Below, in pieces: positions 29,401 through 57,096 of a stretch of DNA of 64,000 nucleotides. Each line of letters begins with the position of its first letter. Positions within the stretch are counted from its first letter, which is position 1. Source of the stretch: the human T2T-CHM13v2.0 reference genome, Homo sapiens; assembly GCF_009914755.1 (NCBI RefSeq), contig NC_060945.1; one strand, written 5' to 3'. The position numbers and the translations under genes were made by a program. The notes under the pieces are model-generated. The model had not been told where the DNA came from, searched no databases, and saw only the letters and a list, made by a program, of their open reading frames with translations.

Positions 29401-31190
29401 AATGGAATGGAACGGAATGGAGTGGAAGGGAATGGAGTGGAATGGAATGGAATGAACACGAGTGGAATGGAATGGAATGGAATGGAATGGAATGGAATGG
29501 TTTAGAATGGAATTGAGTCAATCCAGGTGGAATGGAATGGAATGGCATGGAATGGAATAGAATGGAACTGAATCAACCCGAGTGGAATGGAATGGAATGG
29601 AATGGCATGGAATGGAATGGAAGGGAATGGAATGGAATGGAATGGAATGCAATGGAATTGAATCAACCCGAGTGAAATGGAATGGAATGGAATGGAAAGC
29701 GAAGGGATGGAATGGAATGGAATGGAATGGAATCAACCCGAATGGAATGCAGTGGAATAGAATGCTATGGGGTGGAATGGAATGGAATGGATTGCAATGT
29801 AATGAAATGCAATAGAATGGAATTGAATCAACCCAAGTGGAATGGAATGGAATGCAATGGAATGGAATCGAATGCGATAGAATTGAATTGAATTAACCTG
29901 AATGGAATGGAATGGAATGGAATGCAATGGAATGGAATTGAATCAACCCGAGTGGAATGGAATGGATTGGAATGGAATGGAAGGGAATGGAATGGAATAG
30001 AAATGAACCAACCCGAGTGGAATGGAATGGAAAGGAATGGAATGTAATGGAATGCAATGGAATGCAATGGAATGGAATGGAATGGAATGGAATGGAATGG
30101 AATGGAATGGATTGGAATGTGGTGGAATGGAATAGACTGGAGTTGAATCAACCCGAGTGGAATGGAATGGAATGAAATGGAATGGAATGGAATCAACCCG
30201 AGTGGAAAGGAATGGAATGGAATACAATTCAATGGAATGGAATGGAATGGAATGGAATCAACCCGAATGGAATGGAATGGAATTGAATGGAATGGAATGG
30301 AATAAAGTGGAATGGAATTTAATTAACCTTAGTGGAATGCAATGGAATGGATTGGAATGGAATGGAATGGAATGGAATCAATCCCAGTGGAATGGAAAGG
30401 CATGGATTGGAATGGAATAGAATGGAATGCAATGGAATGGAATGGAATGGAATGGAATGGATTGGAATGCAATGGAATGGAATGGAATGGAATGGAATGG
30501 AATGGATTGGAATGCAATGGAATGGAATGGAATGGAATGGATTGGAATGTAATGGAATGGTGTAGAATGGAATTGAAACAACTCGATTGGAATGCAGTGG
30601 AATGTAATGGAATGGAATGGAATGGAATGGAATGGAATGGAATGGAATGGATTGGAATGGAATAGAATGGGATTGTATCCACCCGAATGGAATGGAATTG
30701 AATGGAATGGAATGGTATGCAATGGAAAAGAATGGAATTGAATCAACCCGTCTGGAATGGCATGGAATGGAAGGGAATGGAATGGAATGGAAGGGAATGG
30801 AAAGGAATAGAATGCAATTGAATCAACTCGAATGGAATGGAATGGAATGGAATCGAATTGAATCAACCCGAGTGGAATGGAATGGAATGGAACAGAATGG
30901 AATGGAATGGAATGGAAAGGAATGGAATAGAACGGAATTGAATCAACCTGAGTGGAATGGAAAGCAATGGAATGGAATGGAGTGGAATGGAATGGAATGG
31001 AGTGGAATGGAATGGAACGGATTGGAATGGAATGGAATGGAATGGAACGGATTGGAATGGAATGGAATGGAATGGAATGTATTTGAATGGAATTGAATCA
31101 ACCCGAGTGGAATGGAATGGAATAGCATGGAATGGAATGGAATAGAATGGAATGGAATGGAATGGAATGGAATGGAATGGAATGGAATGG
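23430..31190 (+). repeat. Recent ~3.89 kb tandem duplication within HSat3 (2 copies)
   Basis: ATTGGTATAGAATGGAATTTAAACTACTCG at 23441/27316; GGATTGTATCCACCCG at ~26780/~30670. Many identical ORF translations at offset 3885 (23682/27567, 24647/28532, 25943/29828). Confidence 0.95.
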
Positions 31191-32129
31191 AATAGACTGG
31201 AATTCATTTAAACCGAGTGTAATGGAATGGAATGGTATGGAATGGAATGGAATGGTATGGAATGGAATGGAATGGTATGGAATAGAATGGAATGGAATGG
31301 AATGGAATGGAATATAATGGTATTTAATCAACCCGAGTGGATCGGAATGGAATGGAATGGAATGGAACAGAATGGAATCGAGTCAACCCAAGAGGAACGG
31401 AATTGAATGGAATTGAATGGAATGGAAAGGAATGGAATGGAATGGAATATAATGGAAATGAGTCAACTGGAGTGGAATAGAATGGAATGGAATGGAATGG
31501 ATTGGAATGGAATGGAATGGAAAGGAATGAAATGGAATGGAGTGGTATAGAATGGAATTGAAACTACTCGATTGGAATGGAATGGAATGGAATAGACTTG
31601 AATGGAATCAACCCTAGTGGAATGGAATGGAATGGAATGGAATCAAATAGAATGGAGGTGAATGGAATGCAATGGAATAGAATGGAATTGAATCAACCCA
31701 TGTGGAATGGAATGGATTGGACTGGAATGGAACGGAATGGAACGGAATAGAATGGAATTGAATCAACCATAGTGGAAAGGAATGGAATGGAATGGAATGG
31801 AAATGAATCAACACGAGTGGAATTCATTGGAATGGAATGGAAAGGAAGGGAATTGAGTGGAATGGAATGGAATGGAGTGGAATGGAATGGAATCAAATGG
31901 AAAGGAAAGTAATGGAATCGACCCAAGTAGAATGGAATAGAATGGCATAGAATGGAATTGAATCAACCCGAGCGGAATTGAACGGAATTGAAGGGAATGG
32001 AATGGAATGGAACGGAATGGAATGGAATCAACGCAAGTGGAATGGAATGGAATGGTTGGACCACAATAGATTGAAATCGAACCAACACGAGTGGAATGGA
32101 ATGGAATTGAATGGAATGCAATAGAATGG

Positions 32130-46760
<14,631 letters not shown>

Positions 46761-46761
46761 G

Positions 46762-47050
46762 TTTTTAGCTTCAAGTAACAGAATAGTCAACTAACTGAAG
46801 AAAAAAACAAGGAGCAACTTTTACCTAATCGCACAACAAATAGATGGTATCAATGCTTAGTTAATTCAACATGATCCACTTCTTTGTGATTCTCTTATCT
46901 TTCTACCTATGTTTTCAAGACGGCTATGACATTCCCAGCCTTACAACTTCATCTGACAAAATTCAATGGCAGGAAATAATAAGTGATGGCATTTTGGAAC
47001 TTTAAGGAAAAACTTTAAGGATTGGAAAACAGGGATGTCATATGTCCAGT
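46762..47050. mobile_element. Possible degraded MaLR LTR (MLT1-like) fragment
   Basis: TTTTAGCTTCAAGTAACAGAA...CAACT and TTCAAGACGGCTATGACATTCCCAGCC resemble old MLT1 motifs (TTGCAAGTAACAGAAA; CAAGATGGCTGC). Highly diverged. Confidence 0.35.
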
Positions 47051-48584
47051 AACATGGGATAGCCGCTCCTAATTAAGGATTGTTGTATGTCCTGAATGAC
47101 TTTCTAATGTAATGAAGGCGAATAACCTGCTTTGTTTAATTATACAATCCCAAATGTAACTGCCTAAGTGCCAAGTACTTTTGCATGGTTTTAATATGCC
47201 ATGAATTTTGCAAGAATGAAACTACTATGTATATGAGAAAAGACGGTAGATTTTTTCATTTAGATACTCATTTCAGAGTCTCAATAGGAAAAATAGAACA
47301 CACACAAACTAAGATAATTTAACATGGGTTTATTTCCAAAGAGACTACTTACGAAAATGTCAGGGGAGAAGGGTGAAGGAATCACAGAAATCACACCCCA
47401 CAATAACTCTGGGTTAGTAGCAGCAGGCAGAGTTCTGGGGAGTAAACTGCCCTTATCACACAAGGAAACACTAATTTTCTTATGAAAAAGATTGGTCAAG
47501 GAGACCTAGCAGAGAGGGAGTTTAGGCAATAACCCCCAATCTCATTTCCTCCTTCCCTTTAATCTCATGAACATGCATAGAAGGCAATGAGCAAGGGAAC
47601 CGATTGAGATATTCAATATGGACCATTCCACTTGGACAAAAGCCAGTAAATAGGGGAGTATAACAGGGGACAAGGGTCAAACAGAAAGTATCTATTACAT
47701 TTACCAATGCAGATCAATCATGTCAACAATAGAAATGGCAGTTTTGGCATTTGGTTATTCAATGAAACTATATTTGTAGTTTCTTATTTACAATGTTTCA
47801 AAGTATGGGTGAAGATATGAAAATTTCATTATGTTCTATTGTATTTGACATGTAAATGTTCTGGCACAATTATATACATTTTGGATTATATATTGACAGT
47901 AAATTATTTCTCCTTTGTTAGCTTCAGCATAACATTAATATTTTCAACAACTTGAATGCATACGTTGTGTTCTCACTAATAGTTTAGAATAGCGAAGGGG
48001 TCTTTGAAGAATTTCTTATGAAGCAGAGGCATTGGCTCAGAAAGAGCCGAAAACCATTGGCTTAGATTAATCACTATTTATCCTAGGGCTGAAGAGGGCC
48101 AATTGAAGACACAAATGTCCAATCCCTCTATGACCTTGGAGATCTATGAAACAGAGAAATAGAGACTGGTTCTTAAGCAGGTAATAAGTGTGCCTTCTAT
48201 GGTTTATAATAATATGCATTGTCTTAACAATCGAATACTTAAAAGTTAATGCCCTCATAATATGCAAAATTTTAATAAGCACATTGGTCCCTGTGTTCAA
48301 GTAGTTGGTAATCAAATTAGTGAAGTATGGTAAGTCTTTTGAAGAGCATTAAACAGCAGAGAATGTAAGAAATTTGTCTCTATAGTATTGTGGGTCTTCT
48401 GTGTTTCCTAAGGGCACATTCATATGATCTAATAACTGAGCAGAGAGAAGCCTATAGGATAGTTTATGGTTTCATTTGTTTGTTTTTGCCAATTAACATA
48501 CATTTCTAGATTAAAAGTCAACTATCTTTTCCTTGGGAGTCAACTATAGGAGAAGATAGTGAAGAGGCAAGGAAAATTACAGCA

Positions 48585-48975
48585 GCTCAACAGCTTTACC
48601 TTGGAAATATCTGTATTGTGTACCGCTATAGCCTACCTTTATCAGTCAGATAACAATGTCAAAGAGGCAAGCTTGGCACCATTGCTCTTAGTGAATCTCT
48701 GCTGCCAGCCTTTTATCCTAAGTGCTCTCCAAAGACCCATTTAATGGACCTTCCTGAAATTGTGCTCAGGATCAATATGAGGCTCATTGATACAGCATTT
48801 TTGGAACTCACCATTTGCTTATTTATTAAACCTGGGATAGTTGCCCGACTTCTATCATCTGAAATCCTCTCCATGACTTTCAAAATTATCAACATTGGTT
48901 CCAACATCATTCCTAGAAAACATTTCAGTGGAGTATATTTATCTGACATTTGACTGTATTTATAGCAGTAAGAAT
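48585..48975 (-). mobile_element. L3/CR1 LINE ORF2 (reverse transcriptase) relic
   Basis: The minus-strand translation EPMLII..ISDDRSRATIPGLINKQMVSSKNAVSMSLILILSTISGRSIKWVFGEHL, then QQRFTKS in a shifted frame, is colinear with the CR1-type motif EPLSIIF..VPEDWRRANVVPIFKKG...NYRPVSLTSIPGKILEQIIK...EHL...QHGFTK. Stops and frameshifts are present. Confidence 0.62.
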
Positions 48976-50579
48976 CTATGATGATTCCTCCCAAAATAAT
49001 CCCACAATTACCCATTTTGGGTCACCTTTGAGGGTTTTACCCTTAATATCAGAGATCTGTTCTATACATTTGAGTCTTAGAAATAATTACTAGCTTCTCT
49101 CTGAATTTAACTGAAGTTCCTTACTTTTATTCAGCCTGTTACCCAAATTACATAATGTATTGAAGGCTAAAAACTGTCCAAATTTCTGATTACATTTAGA
49201 TAAAAATGGGAATATGACTTTTTCTTTTTCTAACTTGGCAAAGATTATGTTTTTTCATGAAGAAATATAGGCATATTTAAACACTCAGGATCTGAGAATT
49301 TGAAATACATGAAACTTAGCAAGTGGTCTTTAAGTAGTTTTCATTTCTAAATTATAGTACATACCATTGAATGCTACAGAAGGAAAGACAGTGAGGGATT
49401 ACTCATAAACATTGCCTTTATGATATCCTTCCAAAGAAAACCAAGTGTCCCTGTGCTTGGACTCATAAAGCAGAAATGCTCACCTAGCTTTTATGTCACT
49501 AACAAACAATTGTGCCTAGTCAATTAATTCTAACTCATATAAGCCATCTTGAGAGTGGAGCCCCTAGGGAAAACTACAAATGGAAAATTCATTGATTTTT
49601 GACTTTGCTTTCCTATGGATTAAATTTAACACTTTCTTGTAAATATCTCCCTTTACAGATCATATGTGATAAATAGTTATCCAACTTTCTAGATGTCCAC
49701 CCAGAGCTGCTTCCATATGAAGAGGTGGAAACGGATTCTGTGCATGATACTGGTTAGGATAGGGAACTGTTTTTTTTAAAGGAGATTTTAAAAATTTGTT
49801 TTCCTTGTACACATAGCCTTAATATTGTGTTGCTAACTGCCCTCTGGGAACAAAGTCATACCAATCACAAATACATTGCCTAAAGCGGGAGGCTTATTAC
49901 TCTGCTGTGAATTCCATCTCCTATTATGTTTTAAAGATGCTACAAACTTGAGACATTACTATGTAGATGACATTCCCAGCAAATCCCCAAACAACATTTA
50001 ATGATATTTCAAATACCAGGATCATGAAACAGTAAAAGATATAAGGAAATAAAGAAAAGCACAGTATATGTGTAGAAGGCATTAAAACACAAATTTTATA
50101 ATTATGAATGCATATAATAAGGAACAAGTTTTATTCTAAATAGCAATTAAATCAGAACTATGATACAGGGAATAAAAGTGAATATTAAACCATTGTACCG
50201 ACAATAACAGAGCCCTTTTTCTGCTGCGTGATGGAATTTAGTGTTTGCTAAGGAAGAAGAAAAATTCAAGATATCTTAAATTTGGTACTTTCCAACAAAT
50301 TTAAGAAATGTGTACACACTTGAGGAGACTTAAGAAGTCTCTGACTAAAACACTAGAAAAGAAAAGCAGTGAAAAGCCAAATAACTATTACTCAACAATA
50401 ACGACATTTGTTACTATTATATTAATATTAAACACACTATTAAGCAACAACATTTCAGTTACTCACTGAGCCCAAAGTCATTTTTCATGAACCATTCACA
50501 ACACTGATAACCTATTGAAAAATGATTGAAAACAAAAAAGCTTATTGCTTTCCAAGTCCTTTTAAAGCCTTCTCTTGTG

Positions 50580-50722
50580 TCATTTCATATAATCCTTATA
50601 ACGAATCTATGGAGTATATACTGACTTTATCTCTGTACAGAAAAGAAAACTGAGTCATATTCAGAATAAGTTGCAATGTTCCCCAGATAATCAGTGTCAT
50701 AGGTGAAATTTGATGTCACAGT
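50580..50722 (-). mobile_element. MIR fragment
   Basis: CATTTCATATAATCCTTATAAC...TACAGAAAAGAAAACTGAGTCA...AAGTTGCAATGTTCCCCAG matches the antisense MIR core (TTACAGATGAGGAAACTGAGGC). Confidence 0.5.
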
Positions 50723-50744
50723 GTAGTCAAGTGTAATTTAGGGA

Positions 50745-50975
50745 AGCAGTACAAATGATGGTTGAAAGCACAGGTTCTGGGGTAAATAGCCTGAAGTCAA
50801 AATCTATTTCATATCCTCAGTGGCTGTGTGATCTTGGGAAATTTCCCTTAACTCTCTGTGTCTTGGTTTTATAGTTTCATCCATTTTTGCCTCTCATATG
50901 AGCTGGTGAGCATTACACTAGTTTATGCTTCTAGGACACTGAAAACAGTACCTGGCTCTTGATAAATATTAACAA
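50745..50975 (+). mobile_element. MIR element
   Basis: GCAGTAC..ATGGTTGAAAGCACAGGTTCTGG...GCTGTGTGATCTTGGGAAATTTCCCTTAACTCTCTGTGTCTTGGTTT...AACAGTACCTGGC follows the MIR consensus order. Confidence 0.7.
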
Positions 50976-51587
50976 TTTTGTTTCATTTTCTTCACCTTGA
51001 GTATTTCATGGCCAGATGGAAATCAATGTCAATATGAAAAAATGTTCTTAATTCAGCAGGAAGAAATACAAAACCATATAAACAACTTTGTTTTACTGGC
51101 AAGTGTATTGGTAAGCTATGTTAAATTGAGAAGGGGAAGCCTCTAAGGATATCGATTAATCAATGACCGAAAGCTGATGAGACTTGTCTGGAATTTTTTT
51201 TTGGAGACTCTGAGACTTAAAATTTTGACAAAATAAGGAGATGAATTGAGTAGTGTGGAAGAGACATTTTCTGAAGTCATCAGAGAAAGGAGAGACAAAT
51301 ATGTAAGGGGAAAGTGGTATGAAGTAATAATATCTATGAAGTGCTTTCTAAAGTATAACACATGTAAGTTGTGTTAAATGTAATCTATCATGATTATATC
51401 ATTACTGTCTGACTGATACAACTATATCCACCTCAGTTAGCCACATAAGATCAATTTTCCTACACCTTAGAGAATACCAGTAACCTCCAGTTCAGAAACA
51501 GCATAAATATCTATCCACAGCTGAGCAGACACGTACAGCTAGCTACCAGATGAAATGGGCTATATCTTCAAATACTATTGTTTTCCG

Positions 51588-51825
51588 TTTTTTAACTGTG
51601 GCAAAACACACTCAACAATTTGCATCTTAACTACTGTTAAGTATACAATTCAGTGTCATTAAATGTATTCACAATATTGTGCAAGCATCACCACCACCCA
51701 TCTCCATAATTCTTTTTGTCTTGTAAAATTGAAATCCTGTACCCATTAAAAAGTGACTCCCCATTCCCCGCCCTCCCAGGGCAACTACAACTTTACTTTC
51801 TGTCTTGATGAATCATACAATATCA
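51588..51825 (-). mobile_element. L1M (L1MB/L1MA-like) 3' end fragment
   Basis: TTAAGTATACAATTCAGTG...ATTCACAATATTGTGCAAGCATCACCACC...CTGTACCCATTAAA...CTCCCCATTCCCC...CTTTCTGTCT is a typical antisense L1MB 3' UTR. Confidence 0.75.
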
Positions 51826-52439
51826 AGTGGAATTTTTAAGATATTTAAAATCTTTTGTCTGGAAGTGAAGTGGAAGTTAATATCAATGGCTATGCCTTCA
51901 GTGAGTTCTCAGACCACATTACAATGTAGTTAACTATTTATCTTTTATTACGTTCTAGATCTATTATTTCTTTCTGGCACAAAAATATCTTCTTTGAAGA
52001 TTATGGCATTTACCTCTATCTCCACACCTTTCTGCGTCTGTCATCCACAGATCATCAGCCTCTTGCTTAGTCTATTTAATGACAATTTCTATTTAGTATA
52101 CAACAGTCTTTCCCCCTGCAATGCAATTTCTTCACTCTGAAAAGCTCTGACTCTGGCTAATGGTCTCTGTTATGTACTCATCCCTAGAGCCATGTCTTCA
52201 AATATTTCTCAGAACTTCTTCACATCTAAAAATCTAGGATTAATTTATTGCTCTCTGATTATATTCTTCTGGTATTTCAAGTATCGTGTATAACTTCTTC
52301 ATCTGTCCTTGCTTTTCTTCTACATCAAGATGTCAAGTTCATGGACTTCCCAATTAATCATTTTAAAAATTTATTTCAAGCCTTTATGAGTCACTACAAT
52401 GTACATATGTTCTCAGGAATTATGGCCCTACAATTTGTA

Positions 52440-52860
52440 TGTGAGAATAGTTCCTGTGTCAGGCATTATGGACATAAGAGTAAATAAATTCTAGCCCCTG
52501 CCTACAAGGAGCTAATTCCCAGCCTAAGACAGATTGCAAGCCAATAATTTGCAGAGTTGTAAGTCTAAGGAAACTGATTGGGATGTACCTAATTCGAGCT
52601 GGGAATATCAGAAGAAAAACTTTTTGAAAGTCATGAGACATGAGCTATGCCTAAAAGAATAAAAAATAGAGAGAGAAATAAGAATAAATAAATTAGGGAA
52701 TGAGATGGGTATAATAGTAGAAAAAGGAAATCTCTTTAGATAAAACAGGTTATGAGAGTATATAGGAGGCTTATTAACTCAGTGTGGTTGGAGAAAACAG
52801 GTTGAAAGGAGAAATAGGAGAGAAAGTTACAAAGGGAATCAAATGTGTTAGTAGTTGAGG
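52440..52860 (-). mobile_element. L2 LINE 3' fragment
   Basis: TGTGTCAGGCATTATGGACATAAG...GCCCCTGCCTACAAGGAGCT followed by purine-rich sequence resembles the antisense L2 3' end (TGTGCCAGGCAC...CCCTGCCCTCAAGGAGCT). Confidence 0.5.
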
Positions 52861-53039
52861 GAAAAGCAAATATTGAATACGACCCATAGATCTTGGATAA
52901 CCCAGTGTTTGGTAGTAGCTTACATAAAAGGTTGTGACAAAATAACCAGAGGTATGCAGAGAAAATAATAACTGAGTGTTATATTTCCTCTCAGTAGAAA
53001 CCTAAAAAAAAAAAATGTAATCACACCCTGATCTTTTAA

Positions 53040-53280
53040 CTGACCTCCACTTATCTTGATGCCTGGATTGGTATACATATTCCTCTGCCTGAAAAATTGC
53101 TCAGCACTTCTGAAAGGTTGTTTCTCACTGTTACACCCAGGCATTTCTGCTAACACCAGCTGAGTTGTAAGGGGTCCTCCAGGAGGCCTAGGTTGTTCTC
53201 CTTATCACATATATTATTTTCATTTATCAATTTACCCAGAACATCTAATGAAATATTATGGACACCAATAACATGAATAC
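53040..53280 (+). mobile_element. Possible L2 fragment
   Basis: TTCCTCTGCCTGAAA motif and pyrimidine-rich context; weak. Confidence 0.3.
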
Positions 53281-53447
53281 AAATATAGCTATAGACCCTA
53301 AAAAGTAAATTGATGTATCTTGAAAGGCTGTCATGTCTTAGATGTTAAATTTGGAGTATGTGTTTCTAATAAATAAATAGCTTGCTTTAATAATTCTGAT
53401 TTATGATTGTAACATAGGGGAGCAGCTTTTATTTCGCCCTTAATCTT

Positions 53448-53619
53448 AAAAAACAATTAGCCGGGTGTGGTGGTGGGCACCTGTAGTCCCAGCTACTCAG
53501 GAGGCTGAAGCAGAAGGATGGTGTGCACCTGGGAGGTGGAGCTTGCTGTAAGCCAAAATTGTGCCACTGCACTCCAGCCTGAGTGACAGTGTGAGACTCT
53601 GTCTCAAAGAAAAAAAAAG
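53448..53619 (+). mobile_element. Alu right arm only (AluY-like diagnostics, heavily CpG-decayed)
   Basis: AATTAGCCGGGTGTGGTGGTGGGCACCTGTAGTCCCAGCTACTCAGGAGGCTGA...GGAGCTTGC...CCACTGCACTCCAGCCTGAGTGACAG...TCTCAAAGAAAAAAAAA. Confidence 0.9.
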
Positions 53620-54026
53620 ATCATACAAGGAGTAAACGATGATTTAGCATAAAACACAACTTTAGCCTAAAACACAGATCATAGGGCTCAAACTTTGTTA
53701 TTTTATGGGATTATACTAACCAGTTAATATTCAAAATTTACCATTTCAAAAGAAGAAATATTGGTCTGGGAAAATTGCCATTGCTTATACAGAAGAATGG
53801 AGGAAGCTTTTTGAGAACAACAGTTCTAATGATCTTCCTCATCACTGGTTCAAAAACCAAGCCCATGGAAGGCCTGCATAGGGATAATGTGGAGAACATG
53901 CAAAAGAAATACACATCACCAGCTCCTCAACTCAGAGCTCCAAGGGAATGGCTAAGGAAGCTGTATTGTCCTAAGAAATTTGAGACTGTTTTGACTTACA
54001 ATAAATCCTGCTCAATCATATGTATG

Positions 54027-54030
<4 letters not shown>

Positions 54031-54064
<34 letters not shown>
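54031..54064 (+). repeat. (CA)17 microsatellite
   Basis: Perfect CA run. Confidence 0.97.
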
Positions 54065-54067
<3 letters not shown>

Positions 54068-54561
54068 GGTGTTGTCAGTGAAGCCTCTAACAATGCATCT
54101 TGACTGGACAGATTTGACAATTAAAATGGCTGGAAGAAAATAGGCTTCATAAGTGACACTTACTATTCACATTACACATTAAAAGGACATCTCCTAAATT
54201 AAATCTTGTCTATGATAAAAAGGCAGAAAATCATGACCCAAGGCTCATTTATAACGGCAGAAATGTTCAAGATATACCAATGCTTGCTATGTTTAGGAAC
54301 TGACAATAAAGTACAGGTCTTTATAATCTACCATTTTGCCTCATTTGACACCAGGTGACCTTCATAATACAGGCAATAGAGAATTGCAAGATTTGTCAGA
54401 GATTTCAGGTCTTTGGAAAGCTATGCTCTTTCACAAGAACAGCCATGGAAACAGGAAGAAAGTCAATTCCCACTTAAGGTAATCAGAATTTACAAATATT
54501 CCTTTCTTCATTGAAATCTCAATAGGCACTTCAATATTATATTTAATTAATTCTTTTGTTA

Positions 54562-54932
54562 AAATCATGCATCACATAGCAACATTTTGGTCAAGGATAG
54601 TGCACATGTATGACAGTGGTGCAATAAAATCATAACACTGTACTTTTACTGTACCTCTTGTATGTTTAGACATGTATAGATACACTTACTGTATAGATAT
54701 AAGTATAGATATACTTAACTGTTGTGTTACAATTGCCTACAGTATTCAGTACAGTAACATGCTGCACAGGTTTGTAGCCTAGGAGGAATAGGCTATACCA
54801 CCTAACCTAGGCATGTAATCAGCTATAGCATCTAGGTTTGTGTAAGTAAACTCTGTGATGTTCATACAATAATAAAATTGTCCAGCAATGCATTTCTCAG
54901 ACACACCCCTGTCATTAAGTGACACATGACTG
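54562..54932. mobile_element. TcMar-Tigger DNA transposon derivative (Tigger3a/MER7-like MITE)
   Basis: Decayed terminal inverted repeats AAATCATGCATCACATAGCAAC ... GTCATTAAGTGACACATGACTG are flanked by TA on both sides (54560-61, 54933-34). The internal TTACAATTGCCTACAGTATTCAGTACAGTAACATGCTG..CAGGTTTGTAGCCTAGGAG..AATAGGCTATACCA is characteristic of Tigger3. Confidence 0.85.
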
Positions 54933-56854
54933 TATTAGTTAACACTATGGGAACTTCATGGGAAATGAACACTGCAGCTCCACCATAAATAGAAACTGTT
55001 TACGTCAAAAAACACATAAAAGCATAGTTGCAAGATTACAATTCCTTCCAGATATTTCATTTAGTATCTCCACAGATCACTCACTGCCTGAATAGCATTC
55101 TTGTGTCTCCACTGCCTCACATTCGATTTCAGGTCATTCCATCAATTGTCAAAGACGTATCCAACATTAACTTTCCAACTACTGGTTTGGATTCTGTCAA
55201 CATTGTCATCCTGGGCCACAACAACACAAAAGGCTAACTCAGTGAGGTAACATAGACACTGATCAGTGAGATTTTGCTGACGGGTGGTACCATTTTTTAC
55301 TAAGATCAAGGGTATTCATACCTTCAGGCATCTAGATAACATTGAAAAGGGCAGGTTCATAGATAAAAAGGGAAAGAGGAAGGGTTTTTGCAGTATACAT
55401 GAGCTACCGTGTCTCCTGTTTAACCTGAGTCTGAAGAGATTCAAAGTGCAGGTGCCATGAATGCCTCTTTAATAGTTCAATGTCGATGGATTTTCTGGGC
55501 TACATTTCCCAGCATTCAAATTGCTAAATGCATATAAACTACTACTGAATATTTATTACCTGGATTTGTGCTTTTGAGTGACCTTATCTATAGTTATGTG
55601 CTTCAGTGATCCAACTTGGGGTGGACTCCAAACTTTGATAAATTAAAGACCCTGCTTATTCCTTGAGTAATGCTACACTGACAACTGATTTAGTGAATGC
55701 CACTGTGAAAATAATAAACCTCTTGGTGAATATATTTAGACATGTCTTGTAACCTGTACACATCTTAACCAGGGATGTTACTTGGTCTTTCTATGTTCAG
55801 GAGTGTGTGGAGATAGAAAAACATACAGGATTGTAATTGTTTCCTGTGAGACTAACAGAAAATTCAAGCTAGTGAAGAATGTTTATGCATGGCACACTTC
55901 TCACCAGCAATTTTAGGAAGTTCTACCCACAACCCATATGTCTTTTGATATGTGGGTTACCTTGGAGAGAGAAAAAGAAACTCTGAACACAAGCATGAAA
56001 TACTTTAGAATTTTATCTAGAGTTGGACTTGTCCAAAAGCTTTTGTATAAACTTGCTTGATGAGCAACTGTTGTCCACTGGTACCTTCACTGTACAATCC
56101 ACACACAACAAAACTTCACAACTGGACACCTAAATTTGCACTTTGTTTGGTAAAGTTGAATGAAAAATGTTGTCTTTTAAGCTTATGCTCTCTTATGAAA
56201 GCTGTTATTAGATTAATTTTACTCCAAGATATGCCAGTTAAGAAATAACTTCCAATTTAATTTCACCAGCTCCCTGTGAGTGGACTAATTACTCACACAT
56301 CACACTTACTCTGGTGGTGAAATGCCTCAAAAGAAGGTCTCCAGAGTGTTGCTCTACCTAGAAGGACAAGAATGAAGAGACATAAAAATCATTCATTAAG
56401 AAGGAAGAAGATTTTCCTTGCCTAGATTTTCACTTGTAGGATCCAATTAATTTTATCACTTAATATTTTGTCCTGGTGGGCATTCACTTTACAAATTTGT
56501 AAGGTCAGTAGAAATGGAAACTTTTGGAAATCGAACTGTAAATGTTCTGTAGACATTGACAGAAATAGCTATTTGGAGCTGTGCTTTTGCCAACTAGACA
56601 CTCTGAGAAAATCTGTGAGAGGATATTTTCAGGAAGTCATTGAACCCCCTAAAAATCAAGTTTATTGCTTTTACCATAAATATAAATAATTAATTTATTA
56701 TCAACCACTTTCAATATTCCAATAAGTAACCTTTATTGTTTATTTCATTGACATGATCTACATAGACACACAATTTATCTTCTTTTGCGATACATTCAGA
56801 AAATTGCTGCCTGGAAAAGCCATGTTTTAAAATTACCACCTGTTTGATGACTTG

Positions 56855-57096
56855 TTTTTGTACTTTAAGTTTTAGGGCATATGTGCACAACCTACAGTTT
56901 AGTTACATATGTATACATGTGCCATGTTGGTGTGCTGCACCCATTAACTCGTCATTTAGCATTAGGTATATGTCTTAATGCTATCCCTCCCCCCTCCCCC
57001 ACCCCACAACAGGCCCTGGTGTGTGATGTTCCCCTTCCTGTGTCCATGTGTTCTCACTGTTCAATTCCCACCTATGAGTGAGAACATGCAGTGTTT
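56855..57096 (-). mobile_element. L1PA 3' UTR fragment (5'-truncated primate LINE-1)
   Basis: TACTTTAAGTTTTAGGG..ATGTGCACAAC...GTGCTGCACCCATTAACTCGTCATTTAGCATTAGGTATA...CCCACCTATGAGTGAGAACATGCAGTGTTT. Confidence 0.93.
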
